Assembly: GCA_965645245.1 (NCBI GenBank)
Contig: OZ287068.1
Span: 1,302,001 to 1,366,000, forward strand
Direction of reading: 5' to 3'
DNA from: Massalongia carnosa
Taxonomy: Eukaryota
DNA length: 64,000 nucleotides
Shown here: positions 28,782 to 40,184 of the stretch, piece by piece
Layout: each line of letters opens with the position of its first letter
Position numbering within the stretch: the stretch's first letter is position 1
Made by a program: the position numbers and the translations under genes
The notes under the pieces: model-generated
Database searches by the model: none
What the model saw: the letters and a program-made list of their open reading frames with translations, nothing else
Told to the model about the DNA's origin: nothing

Positions 28782-31600
28782 ATGTTCTGTCTTTCTCTGT
28801 TGATATGCCTCCTGGCTCCGACCATTGTACATTCTTTACCAGGACATTTGAAACATCGTCAAGTGTATCACCTTGTCCAAAACCAAGCGCCGAAGCCGGA
28901 TGATATTCTTGCAATTGGGACCAAGTCCCTCTCGGTTTCTCCTAACGCCCATACCAACACCGGAGTATACGCTTCTTTGCAGGTCATCCAGGACTTGGCG
29001 CTAATCACCTGCATTTTCTCTAGTATGTGAAAACTGCGCTTGAAACCAAAGGAGAATCAAGTATTGTACCATTTGCTACCGCTGTTCCCACGGTAGCCTC
29101 TACGATAAGAGTGACGGGTAATAAATCTACCGGCCTTGTCGTGGCACCTACACCTACCCTAAAGGCAAATGACATCTTCGCCACACCGGTTGGCACAGGC
29201 AAACCAGCAGCGGTGATTGCCTCAAGGCCAGACCATCCTGTACCGAGGAAAGGCATAGTGAGCTTTCTCCTTGGGTTTGGGAAATACAACCAAAAAGGCT
29301 AACCGTCGTCCAGACCGACCAAAAGACCCCTATCGGTACCAACAAGTTCTACGCCGGATTTTTCTTGGGCGATCAAGCCAATGCGGTGTGGACTCATCCA
29401 TATTCGTTGCAATGGAGCCGAGGAGGTGGCAATGCCAAATCATGGGGCATTAGTGTTTCACACACCGAGCCAAACCAGAGGGTAAGACAACCGTCGCCAA
29501 AAGTCCTATACAACGCATCGTTCCGTTTTCGGCTGTAAAACTTTCTCATCGAGATTTAGATTCATCTCATTCAAAACGAGCACTCTCGATAGACCGCTAA
29601 CCCCTTTCAGATTTTTGGCCCGAATCCTGCAGCAAATCCTGTCGAGTATTATATCAACCCTCTAGGAGTACAATCTCTTATATTTTCCGCGACGGAACTC
29701 AGTTCGTTAGTGTTGGGTTTCCTGATTGTTGAGTCAAAGTTGCTGATCTGTTACAGCTATACATCTTTGACCACAGATACTTTAACCGCATTTTCTGCCA
29801 ACGTAAACCTCCGAGCCAGCACTAGCTCAAAACCGGCCATAACATTGCCACTCGTGCAAGGCATGGGGTTCGTTACCGCCATTTATAATTCCGTCACTCC
29901 CGTCATTGAGAGTAGCGTGTACTTCAAGACCATCACCCCGCTCAAGTCTCCAAAAGCCGGGGTTTCCAAGTACAAGATACTGCTCGCCGACGACAAGACA
30001 TGGCTTTTGTACGCCACGGCAAACAACGGCACTGGCCTCGCTTTGAAGTCCGTCTCAAGCACTCGGCTGGTGGCACCGGGATCCTTTTCTGGTACCATCC
30101 AGATTGCCAAAAATCCTGGAGCCGACCCGCAACACGAGACTTTGTACGACAAATGCGCAGGTGCTTATGCGACTACTGCCTCCATTGCCGGACAGGTCGA
30201 CGGGGGTTACGGCTCCTACACTTTGTCCTGGAAGAAGGGGGGCAATGGTTCGCCGTTGGTGATGTTTGCTCTGCCCCACCATCAAGAGTCGTTGGATGTG
30301 AAGTCGGATTACGGTATGACTGGGCTTTTCCTTCAGACCACCACCAAGGGAACGGCAAGAGCGTTTGTCGGCGATTCGTGGACTTTCATCGAGGCCAACC
30401 TTCCCTACACGCTTGGATTCGCCCCTTGGAATGTCGACAGCGGGCCCGTGAAATTCCTTCCAAACAATACCAAGGCCGCCATCAACGCCGCCGGAGCGGG
30501 CGATCTCTCCCAAGACATGATCGCTCAGACCAACCTCGACAGCATGTATTTTAGCGGCAAAGCCTTGAGCAAGTTCGCCGCCGCCATCTACGCGGTCCAC
30601 GATCTGGCGGGCAACGTGAGCCTCGCGGATGCCGGGCTGGCGAAATTGAAAGTTGCGTTTGAGCGCTTCGCAACTAACAAGCAGACATTCCCGCTCACGT
30701 ACGAATCCTCATGGGGCGGCGTGGTGTCCACCGCCGGGTACGTGACCGGCGACCCCAATGCCGATTTCGGGAACTCGTACTACAACGACCATCAGTAAGT
30801 CTCCTCGGGTGTTCCACAAACCCGGCGCTCCCGCACTAAATCCCCATCTCCCTAGCTTCCACTGGTCCTACTTCATCCACACCGCGGCCGTAATCGGTTA
30901 CCTGGACCCCAGCTGGGTCCCTGCGCACAAAGACTGGGTCGACACCCTCGTCCGCGACTGCGCTAACCCCTCGGCCCAAGACGGCTACTTCCCCGTGTCG
31001 CGCTCCTTCGACTGGTACCACGGGCACTCGTGGGCCAAAGGGCTCTTCGACAGCGCCGACGGCAAGGACGAGGAATCCTCCAGCGAAGATGCCTTCCTCG
31101 CCTACGCGCTGAAGCTGTGGGGGTGCACCAGCCGCAACGCCGCGCTCGAGGCCCGCGGCAGCCTCATGCTCGCCGTGCTGCAGCGCTCCCTGCGCAACTA
31201 CTTTCTGCTCCAAGCCGGCAACACCAACCACCCGGCCCAGTTCGTCGGCAACAAGGTCTCGGGCATCCTGTTCGAGAACAAGGTCGACTACACCACCTAC
31301 TTCGGCACCAACCCGGAATTCATCCACGGCATCCACATGCTCCCGCTCGTGCCCTCGAGCGCCTACACCCGCTCCCGCGCCTTCGTCCGCGAGGAGTGGG
31401 ACGCCTTCTTCGGCGACGGCCGCGTCGACGCCGTCCAGGGCGGCTGGCGGGGCATCCTGTACGCCAACCTCGCCCTCGTCGATCCCAAGGCCGCCTGGCG
31501 CTGGCTCACCGGCCCCGCGTTTAAGCCCGAATATCTCGACGGGGGCGCGTCCAAGACGTGGTATCTGGCCCTGGCGGCGGGGTTGGGCGGTGCAGTGTAA
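28782..31600 (+). CDS. Secreted GH81 endo-1,3(4)-beta-glucanase (Eng1/Acf2-like)
   Basis: Signal peptide; PIGTNKFYA; PLVQGMGFVTAIY; DSMYFSGKAL; DFGNSYYNDH/HFH; FDWYHGHSWAKG; DEESSSED catalytic motif; GILFENKVDYTTYFG; IHGIHMLP. Five GT-AG introns. Confidence 0.95.
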
Positions 31601-32050
31601 ACGGTATGATACCTATTTACCTACCTACATATATACTCCCCCTTTATCCAGGTATCTATCGTATCGTATCGAACCTTGTATGTATAACTCGCCGGCTGGA
31701 TTGGGGACGTTAGTTATACCTATTACCTCTATGTATACATATATCACATATATACAATACAACATATGCATTGTTGCGGATCGGTCGCGTTCGTTAGTGA
31801 AACTCGGATTCTTGGTTCCTGGGTATAGTAGGTGTGTGCCTTTCTTTATCGGGAGGGACTTGGTAATTATATATTATATACTTTCCCTTTACTCCGCTAT
31901 ATTCCCTTGCTATTATCTACAACTCCCTTACTACTCCCTTATACTCCCCACCTTAAATTAATTTTTACTTTAGCTAGTTATGAGTGTGGAGAAATGGACA
32001 TTGCGGCGACTAGTCTCCGCGAATAAGACGAAGAAAATTTGAGCTCAATG

Positions 32051-34366
32051 TCATTCCAGAATGATCAGCCTCTGCCGCCATAGTATGTCCTTGACATCCT
32101 TGAGAATGATAGGCTGGCCCACAACTTGGGCAATGCCATCCTTCTCAACAATGAGTAAAGCTCTGTTGTAATTTGATGTGCTGCGAGTATCGCCTTCGTT
32201 GGCAATAACCCTGACGACTGTGCAGTCTACTTCACGCCGGTCTCTGAATCTTTGCGTGTCAATAGTTGCGTGCCCTATCACCCCATAAAAGCCAGATTCG
32301 CTCGGTCGAATGCTATCCAGGCCAAAAACTGCCGTGAACAGTTCTTGATCGGCTGGTGAATCGGAGCCTTTGCCATCGGTCGTGTTCATAGTAAGATCTG
32401 CTTGAGGGTCCAGCAGAAGATTACCAGCATTATTAATGCCATACGAAATATCCTGTCTTTGCCAAAACACATCGATAGTATCTGCCCAGAATATGAGATG
32501 AAATGAAGGTGTGATACGGCTTTGCAACGATGGTATGATATCATTGGCCTCAACTGCGCGGGCTCCCGAGCCATTCAGGTTCAACTGCTTTAGGTTGCTC
32601 GGATATTGACGTATATTCGATATCTGCCGTAAACTAAAATCTTCCTTTTCACGGTGTTGAGTTGGCTGTATGCGGCAGAAACAACGGATTGCTACTGGTT
32701 TGAGAAGACCCTCACCATGGTCAACTGCCTGAGAGTCCCGATAAGTCAGCCATGACCAGGAGGGGACGTCATGCAGCTTTCGCTTATATCTGCCAGATGT
32801 CGACCAAAGGAGATTTTGCTCGAATAAAGAACAAGGCAGGCCCCAGAAGAATTCGACTTCGGTGATGCTGGTCAAAGTGTTGAATATACCCTGAAGGGCG
32901 TTCAATGCATCGGAATCAAAGGAGAGGTTCCTGCCGTTGTAAGAGTCTAGAAGGCTCGAAAAATGGCGATGAAATAATTGATAATAGTTCGCTTGCTCTT
33001 CACGTGGCTGACGCAAGAGATCCCACGAGAAAACAGACCCCATCGGCTCATGTGTTGAAACGATGTTCTTCTCAACGCCGTTCGGAAGGTGCTCAAATTG
33101 AGTTTCTTCACAGTATGACGTTTGAAAACATTCCCAATACATCTGCCTCGATCCCATTACGAGACATCGTCGGGCAAGAAGCCTTTCTTGGAAAGTCCAT
33201 CCTCGAGTCTCCCAAGGTGGTACAATATCGTCCTCTCTGAATTTCGAGACAGCTTGCGGGTCGGAACAAAACGTAAATTTCGGCTCCAGACATGAGATCA
33301 GAGTAACTCCATCAATTTCGCAAGTAATTTGGCTCCTGAGCCTGGCATCAGGCCTCACGCCTGGTAGTCCATCCTGCGAGCCATTCATGCCATTCGCTAC
33401 TACTGTGAACAGCGAACCAGAGTAGATTGCACCCATGCGTGGGATATACCATTGCTTGTCAGCTTCGTCATCTTGTACCACACAGAGCAGGTCCACCCAA
33501 AGAAAACGCTCTCCTAATCGTTCAACTAGATCTCTTAAGTCGTCCACCGCCGGTGGAAGACGAAAGGACTTCAGAAAACCAGTCTTAGCAGCGTTCGGGG
33601 CGCAATCCGAGGTAAGGCCACTTTGAGCTTTTGTCGACCCCCAGACCCAACTCAAGGCTATATAAGGTGGAATTTCTGCATTCTCGGAGCAGGAAAACTC
33701 AACGATAGCTTGCTTCTGAATATCTACAAGCCTGATCTTCAGAATTGGTTCTCCCGATGGCGAGAGACAGGCATCGCCGTGTTCATGAAGGCAAAGATCA
33801 AGCCATTCACGGATCAGGCGAGGGTCGTAACCATGCGTCATAATTCGCGCCTCTGGGGGGCCGATCGTCGAGCGTTGTTGCAAAGGCGTGCCCGTTGTTG
33901 TTTGCGAATTGCTTTTTGGCGACACTGGTGAAATGTTTCTTCGAAGCATTTGGGGTGGAATCGCTGATGCCTGGAAGGCATCATCTAATTTGAAAAAGAT
34001 TGGTTCATGGCCTGTATAGGTATTTTTTTGGACTTCCACGGAAATGGCAATGCGAGCATAGCCGTTGGTGACGGAGTTTGAAGTGTGACCAAGCGAAGGT
34101 ATGTAGCGCTGCAGTCCGCATGTGACCTCTTTGACTGTTTTTTGAAAAACAGGATATTTCGAAGGCAGTCTTTTCGTGATCGTTTCTTGTAGAAGAGAAA
34201 CGACAGCATCACAAAGTCGGCAACTCTCTCTCCGTGACTGCAAGTCGACCCAGCGTCCAAGGCGGACGGAATTCTTTTCTGAATCGGGCAGTCTGATACC
34301 CTTGACAGCGTCGTTCAAGAGATCGCGCACATCTTGAGTGTTGCAGACTTGACACAGTCCCGTCAT
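32051..34366 (-). CDS. Heterokaryon-incompatibility (HET, PF06985-type) domain protein
   Basis: Intronless 771-aa ORF with the HET blocks IREWLDLCLHEH, IRLVD, YIALSWVWG, FLWVDLLCVVQDD, MGAIYSGSLFTVVA and WETRGWTFQERLL, followed by YNGRNLSFDSDALNALQG and PSWSW. Confidence 0.93.
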   Translation of the reverse strand: MTGLCQVCNTQDVRDLLNDAVKGIRLPDSEKNSVRLGRWVDLQSRRESCRLCDAVVSLLQETITKRLPSKYPVFQKTVKEVTCGLQRYIPSLGHTSNSVTNGYARIAISVEVQKNTYTGHEPIFFKLDDAFQASAIPPQMLRRNISPVSPKSNSQTTTGTPLQQRSTIGPPEARIMTHGYDPRLIREWLDLCLHEHGDACLSPSGEPILKIRLVDIQKQAIVEFSCSENAEIPPYIALSWVWGSTKAQSGLTSDCAPNAAKTGFLKSFRLPPAVDDLRDLVERLGERFLWVDLLCVVQDDEADKQWYIPRMGAIYSGSLFTVVANGMNGSQDGLPGVRPDARLRSQITCEIDGVTLISCLEPKFTFCSDPQAVSKFREDDIVPPWETRGWTFQERLLARRCLVMGSRQMYWECFQTSYCEETQFEHLPNGVEKNIVSTHEPMGSVFSWDLLRQPREEQANYYQLFHRHFSSLLDSYNGRNLSFDSDALNALQGIFNTLTSITEVEFFWGLPCSLFEQNLLWSTSGRYKRKLHDVPSWSWLTYRDSQAVDHGEGLLKPVAIRCFCRIQPTQHREKEDFSLRQISNIRQYPSNLKQLNLNGSGARAVEANDIIPSLQSRITPSFHLIFWADTIDVFWQRQDISYGINNAGNLLLDPQADLTMNTTDGKGSDSPADQELFTAVFGLDSIRPSESGFYGVIGHATIDTQRFRDRREVDCTVVRVIANEGDTRSTSNYNRALLIVEKDGIAQVVGQPIILKDVKDILWRQRLIILE

Positions 34367-35129
34367 CTTGAAGGTTTAGTCATGCGATCCGTAGTCCAAA
34401 GGGGAGTTGGATAATGGACGAGCTGCCAAAGCGAGGCTGCAAAGCCCGCAATTCTGATGTATAATCCTCCAATAGCCACCTCTTACAAGCCAAACTCTTA
34501 TTCACACCTCACACACGTGGGAGGGATGGTAGCGTCAGGAAGAATGTATTGACACTGTAGGAAACTGATGTGATGGCTATGCTTCGTCAATCTCTGTGGA
34601 TTTTAGATGTCGGAAGCTCCCATTGTCGTCTGAATTCCACAACCAAGCTACGTTAAGACCGATCGCCCATGCCAGTGGCCTCTTGAGGGGAACGTGCTGG
34701 TTCCGACTGTGGCATTTATCATTCTGGTGTATGGACAATGCCTCTTCTGCAACATTGCTGCAGAACCCGCGCTCTCTGGCGATTGCGTCAACCTCGTCAA
34801 TGGTAACAAGTCTTGAAGGTAGGCGCTTTCCCCGGCTTTCTCTTCCGCGTTAGTTAAGACATGATGCTCCGGCCACTCTAGGAGAAGCCTTTGGTGAGGT
34901 TTGGAACAAGTATTCCTATTGTTGTTCGTTCAAAACGGTTGTTGAATAAGTAAAACTACTTAGGTAGGAGAGCAAAGAGCACATGCGCCGAGGCTGGATC
35001 ATACCTACATGATCTGCACCGAACGCTGGGGAGCACGCTTTGGAAATCCGTCACACCTATAGTTAGGACTGGTAGCGGCATGCCGTGCTAGCGGTGCCAC
35101 TGACACTTCTAGTGGCATAGCATGCCGGC

Positions 35130-35911
35130 ATGGCATGGCACAGGCTATACGCAAGTCATCCCAAAATCCTGAAGGAATGGTTTGAACTGTACATGACCAC
35201 CCGAGCAAAGTATGGAGTCGCAGATGAAGATATTTACAATATGGATGAAAAGGGGTTTGCCATGGGCAGTGCGGATAGTTCTAAAGTGATAGTCAAGAGG
35301 GAAACAACCTCATCAATATCCTGAATGCATGGCGGGGGGCAGGTCTTATTCCATACAATCCCGAGCATGTTTAGGCAAACTGCCTAGATCTATCATTCCT
35401 TCACCTCGCAACATCGTTACCACTACCCTCACAACGAACAAACGCATTCAGGTAGCTAGCGATGCTTTGTTAACCCGTGTAACTCCATCTCTCCGCGCGC
35501 ATGTTGAATTGCTTCAAACAACCGCATTGAATGCCGTGGCTGATAGAGTTATTCTACGGCATTTCAATCAGGAACTAGTTGAAAAACAGGCTCAGCGACG
35601 CCAAAAGGCGTCTAGAAAGGGGTGTGATAAAGCGAGGGTGCTAACTGTGGGTGAGGAGCTGGCTAAGATCGAAGAGAAACAGCAAAAAGAGGAGGCATTA
35701 GCCAGAGAAAAGGAGCGATATCATGCTTTAAATGGTAAAGTGAAGTTCGCAAAGGCCGTCTGGGAAGAAATGCGTATGGAAAGTGATATTTTTAGTTAAT
35801 TTTGGGGATGTAGAAGCATCGTGGTGATGTTCTTTTCCTTTTGGTGGAAGGGGATAGTTGGCCGGGATATTTTTGATGGGGTGGCCCGACCCGAATGGGT
35901 GGCTAATACGT
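35130..35911 (+). mobile_element. Truncated, internally deleted Fot1/pogo (Tc1-mariner superfamily) DNA transposon with right terminal inverted repeat
   Basis: EWFELY...KYGVADEDIYNMDEKGFAMG carries the first Asp of the pogo DDD motif. It jumps directly to a charged C-terminal region (ARVLTVGEELAK), so the rest of the catalytic core is missing. The element ends ...ATGGGTGGCTAATACGT followed by TA. Confidence 0.85.
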
Positions 35912-36143
35912 TATGGCTTGCTTGGAATGGTCCTTGCATGCGCAGGCAATTGCGCCAAACAGGTGCCAAGCAGCTAGGTCCAGAAGTGCTCAGTGTCGTC
36001 AAGCGAGCGAAAGATATCCTATGCACGCTGATCAGCCCGCTGTTTCTTATTCTGCAAGCGTTATGTATCTAACTCAATAGCACCCAATACTACAACTAGT
36101 ATTAGCCACCCATGACAACGAGGGGGTAGATGAGTGGGCAAAA

Positions 36144-36382
36144 GGGGAGAGTGGAGGGGAGAGTGGAGGGGAGAGTGGAGGGGAGAGTGGAAGGACTCAG
36201 CAATTGCCAATTGGGGGCCTGAAGTGCCTCCCGTAGCGAAATTTAGTCAGCAGAAAAGCAACGAAAGCAGCTTGGGCCGAGACGGAGGAAGCCTACGTCT
36301 TGCTCCCTCGCTGCTCCCTCCTGCTCCCTCTGTGCTCCCCCGTGCTCCCTTGCTGCTCCCTCTTGCTCCCTCGATGCTCCCT
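36144..36382. repeat. Two short minisatellites: (GGGGAGAGTGGA)x~4 and degenerate (TGCTCCCTC-based)x~7
   Basis: Visible directly at ~36144-36191 and ~36301-36382. Confidence 0.8.
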
Positions 36383-36502
36383 CTAAAGCGGCCCTGCTCC
36401 CTTTCCCGTCCCGGAACGGCAATTTCAAATCCTAAGTTCGGGGTGTATATAATATATATATATACTGTAGGTATGTACCACACACCTATCTTTCACTTCA
36501 AG

Positions 36503-36628
36503 AGTAGGTAGGTAGTTAGGTAGGTAGGTAGATAGGTAGGTAGGTAGATAGGTAGGTAGGTAGGTAGGTAAGTAGGTAGGTAGGTAGGTAGGTAGGTAGG
36601 TAGGTAGGTAGGTAGGTAGGTAGGTAGG
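36503..36628. repeat. (TAGG)n microsatellite, about 30 units with a few variants
   Basis: Long run of taggtaggtagg interrupted by tag/taga/taag variants. Confidence 0.95.
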
Positions 36629-36736
36629 GTTCTATTGTAATTGAAAAGTGCTCTTGTTGCTCTATCTATCTATCTAGTGCTCTAGAATACCCCCCCCTCC
36701 CCCTAAAAAAAAAAAAAACCAAAGCAAACCACGCAC

Positions 36737-39700
36737 TCACAGAAACGCACCCATTTCCCCCCTCAAGCTCGCGCCTTTAGCCAGTTCCAGTTTCGTGCCC
36801 ACACTCATGGGTCTCCGGCCCGCGACTCCGACCACGACTTTGCCTTCTCCCTTCCTCGGTAGCGGGTCCGGGGCCGCGACGATGCTGGGGATGATGGCGG
36901 TGGCGTTTGCTGCATTAATGGTATGAGTAATGGCGGGAGGATGCCCCATGCCCTCGCCCTCCCCTCCACTTCCACCACCATCTCCCTCAACCGCGCCCGG
37001 CTCAGCCTGCCTCCAACATCGATTCCCATCGTCATCCATGCCTTCCTGCAGCCCCCTCTGACTTTCGTCCCAGAACCCGACCGTATCGCCCTCATCGTCC
37101 GCAATGCTGGACCCGAAGCGCTGGCTGCTCGACAAACTACGCATGCTGTGGCGAGAAAAGCGGGAGAGCCGGTGCAGGAGCGGGGTGCTGCTTCTGCGAC
37201 GGTGGTGGCAGTGGCGAGGGGACGATATCGGTGGGGAAATGCAAAGGGAGGAGTGGGAGTAAGAGTGGTGGTGTGGGGAGGAATGCGGGGTTTGATAGTG
37301 ATCGGCGAGGAGGGAAGGGTTGTGCCGGCGGCGTTTCCATAGCGAGTGGGATGACGTGCGGATGGAGGGACCGCCGGAGAATAGCGGGTTTCCTGTTTGG
37401 CGAGTGGAGGCGCGGTGTTTGTGGAAGGCTTCTAAAGTAGAAGCTACCCGGGAGAGGGTTGGAGGTGGGGGGGAGTTGACGATGCGGATGGTGGCGCGGT
37501 GCGGACTATGGTTTTGTTTTGGGTCTGGAGCGGCGTGTGGTGCCGTTCGAAAAGGGATCTTGTTCATGGTGTCGAAGGTGGGGGTTTGCGGGAAGGCGTG
37601 CATGATCGAGGAGAACTGCCCCGAGTGCTTGCTGGCCAAATGTCGGCTTGAGGAGTCGTTGGTGGTGTCATACTCAGTCGTGCTTTGACTTCTTCGTGCA
37701 GTGGTGTTCCGCCAGGAACCTCGGATCATGCCAAAGCCTTGGGGGCCAACACTCGTAGGGGCAAAGTCACCTAGTCGAACACCGTGGCCCATGCCGCCAT
37801 GACACGCACGGCCGAATCCACGCAATTGCTGGGCCGAGAAGAGACTTGCGTCGGGAAAGCTCATCCCCGAAGGGGCTTTCCCGTACCTTGAGTATCTTCG
37901 CCCTCGTGGGCTTTCGGTTAAGAATGATAGACTCGATCCACCTGTGCTGGACGAGCTGTCCGAATAGTTGGCTCTCAATCTTCGGCTTTCTCCCTGCACA
38001 ACACTGAATTCCGGTACAGCAACGGGTTCTGGGCGAAGATGATCGAAATTCCCAACATAGTCTCGCCAAGAATCGCGCCTTGGATTTCCAGAAGTTTTTG
38101 ACAAGCGGACTCGTGAGCGATGATGATTAGGACCCGATGGCCAGAACCCCGAAAGGTCGATCTTGGGAGCTTTGGAAGATTCTCTTTTTGGGCTTGGGCT
38201 TGGGCTTGGTTGCTCTCTCATCTCGTTATTCGGAACTGTTACCCAGGATGATTCTTGCAAAATAGGCCGTGAGATCTTCTCCTTGGAAGGACTTTGTGAG
38301 CCGTCCCTCCAGCCCCTCGGTTTTCTTCTTCTGACATATAAAAAGAGTAGAAACAACGCCCCCAGAATGATCGCTATTGGAATCAAGATCGCTGCCAAAA
38401 GCAAACGTTTTTTGGATCCACCTTTAGTCAAGGAAATAGGATGTGAGGATTCGGTGTGATCTGAGCGCGGAGGCGAGCCAGTCGCAGCACTTTGGGTCCA
38501 AGTGCTGGTGCTCTGACTACTGTCTATATCCCTCGCATTGACTGCAATAATAAACGTCTGAGACTGGCTTTGCGACCCCTCACGTGCCGTAATGTTCGCC
38601 AGGAATTGCTGTGGCTGTACGCTGCTTGGAAGGCTGCCATTGAGTCTCATATCCGCCGAATCAAATGTTAGCCATGTCCCAGCTTTCCCCAGGTCTACGG
38701 AGACGACCACATCTGCGCTGGTGAAAAGAGCTTGATCTATCTGGTAATCAAAATCCTCCCCTATGGTGGCGTTCAATGTGCCGAGGGAGCCCCGGAAGAA
38801 GGATTTCGGATCGGTTTCCGAAAGCATGACAAGCACAACAGTAATGGCCACATCCCCATAGATGTCTGTTGCTGTAACAGTAATGTTTTGCGACATTGCA
38901 GAAACAGGGGGCGTACCGAAAAGGCCAAGGGCGTTTTCATCCAAAGACATCCACTCAGGAATACTTGCAGCGACATGCGTTAGATCGGATGGTTTTGCTG
39001 GATTGCCATCCAAGGTAAGATCCGCCAAGAGCCCAGAGAAGTTGAAAGAGGTTCCTTGCGTAGCATTGACGATCTGCGCATCTCCGCCAAATGAAAAAAT
39101 ATGACTCTCTACCACCATCTGAAAGGACACCACAGCCCCAGAAAATCCAACAACTTCAGAAGCCGTCAAGTGTATGTCGTATGTCTGAGAAAGTTCTACT
39201 GGCGATGTCAACTGCGGGGTAGTCCCGGAGAACGAGAGGGTGCTTGAATCAAAGTTGATCCACGAAGGCAACGGGGTGTTGTTGGCGCAGAGAGCATAGT
39301 ATGCCGTATCCTTGTTTGTATTGGTGAATGTACTTCTCGAAAACAAGAGATAGAGTGGGCTGGAGTGCGAAATCAGCAGGCTGCTGGGGCTGGAGAAAGC
39401 TCCGTACGCAGGAAGCTGATCTGATACTGACACGCCAAGCCCAGGGCCGGTTTCGTTGGACACAACGAGCGTGACTGGCATTGATGTTGGCCCTGTGACG
39501 TCAGTCGCGACTAGATTTAGAGAGACAGGTCCTATATCTTCAGAACCAGGTGTGCCGAATAAAGTACGGCTGGAGTCATCCAATTGTAACCATGCCGGGG
39601 AGTCAGACAGCGAAAAGCGCATGGCTGGCGTTGTAGATGCGAAAGTCGACTCTGAGAAGATGAAGGAAAATGGTTTGCCAACCCGAGCAACAGGCGGCAC

Positions 39701-39781
39701 CTGCGAGTTTACTGGGAGGACGATACTGGGAGCTGCTGCAATTGCATTTGCAAGAGCTAGAAACCAAAGACGTGCAGCCAT
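36737..39781 (-). CDS. AXL2: Axl2/Bud10-like polarity glycoprotein (cadherin-like/He_PIG repeats, single TM)
   Basis: Signal peptide; PVNSQVPPVARVGKPFSFIFSESTF; repeated P.WL.FD....L.GTP units; TM LLLAAILIPIAIILGALFLLFLYV followed by RRRK; KEKISRP; long Ser-rich cytosolic tail. Confidence 0.9.
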   Translation of the reverse strand: MAARLWFLALANAIAAAPSIVLPVNSQVPPVARVGKPFSFIFSESTFASTTPAMRFSLSDSPAWLQLDDSSRTLFGTPGSEDIGPVSLNLVATDVTGPTSMPVTLVVSNETGPGLGVSVSDQLPAYGAFSSPSSLLISHSSPLYLLFSRSTFTNTNKDTAYYALCANNTPLPSWINFDSSTLSFSGTTPQLTSPVELSQTYDIHLTASEVVGFSGAVVSFQMVVESHIFSFGGDAQIVNATQGTSFNFSGLLADLTLDGNPAKPSDLTHVAASIPEWMSLDENALGLFGTPPVSAMSQNITVTATDIYGDVAITVVLVMLSETDPKSFFRGSLGTLNATIGEDFDYQIDQALFTSADVVVSVDLGKAGTWLTFDSADMRLNGSLPSSVQPQQFLANITAREGSQSQSQTFIIAVNARDIDSSQSTSTWTQSAATGSPPRSDHTESSHPISLTKGGSKKRLLLAAILIPIAIILGALFLLFLYVRRRKPRGWRDGSQSPSKEKISRPILQESSWVTVPNNEMREQPSPSPSPKRESSKAPKIDLSGFWPSGPNHHRSRVRLSKTSGNPRRDSWRDYVGNFDHLRPEPVAVPEFSVVQGESRRLRANYSDSSSSTGGSSLSFLTESPRGRRYSRYGKAPSGMSFPDASLFSAQQLRGFGRACHGGMGHGVRLGDFAPTSVGPQGFGMIRGSWRNTTARRSQSTTEYDTTNDSSSRHLASKHSGQFSSIMHAFPQTPTFDTMNKIPFRTAPHAAPDPKQNHSPHRATIRIVNSPPPPTLSRVASTLEAFHKHRASTRQTGNPLFSGGPSIRTSSHSLWKRRRHNPSLLADHYQTPHSSPHHHSYSHSSLCISPPISSPRHCHHRRRSSTPLLHRLSRFSRHSMRSLSSSQRFGSSIADDEGDTVGFWDESQRGLQEGMDDDGNRCWRQAEPGAVEGDGGGSGGEGEGMGHPPAITHTINAANATAIIPSIVAAPDPLPRKGEGKVVVGVAGRRPMSVGTKLELAKGASLRGEMGAFL

Positions 39782-40184
39782 CCTCGTCTATGTCAACTCC
39801 ACTTGATTCGGGAGCTTGATGAAAATGACAGGCTTCGCATAAGAGCGCTCAGCGCAATGGTTGAGGAACCAAACGACCACATAGGCTGAGGAAACTTAGC
39901 TGTATCTGAGCCCTGAAGAAGAACCGATAGAGAATAACAATTGAAAGGAACAGAAAAGTAAGAAATCGTCGACATCCTCGACATACCCGGCCACAAAGGG
40001 GTCCTTCGCGTCGCCCAACCTCCAGAATGTAGATCGCGTTCACATATGTGAGCACTCTATTCTCGCGATTTGGACCTGCAAGGGGCGGTGCCTCCTAATC
40101 GCATTCCTCTTGATGGCTGAACATGTAAGTGGAAAATGGCATTCAACAAGGGAAAAGATAGATTTGAGTCTCTGAAAAGTGATT

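Noticed and set aside
30000..31554. Long overlapping and antisense ORFs within GH81 (likewise within Mpp10, Axl2 and Pbp1)
   Set aside because: These are shadow frames expected from GC-rich codon usage and carry no recognisable motifs.
34470..34482. TAGCCACC as the missing left TIR of the pogo element
   Set aside because: Only an 8-bp match with no ACGT/TA terminus; compatible with chance.
36144..36628. CRISPR-like array or telomere; ORFs 36134-36511 and 36247-36483
   Set aside because: These are tandem simple repeats with no unique spacers, TAGG is not TTAGGG, and the ORFs are just translations of the repeats.
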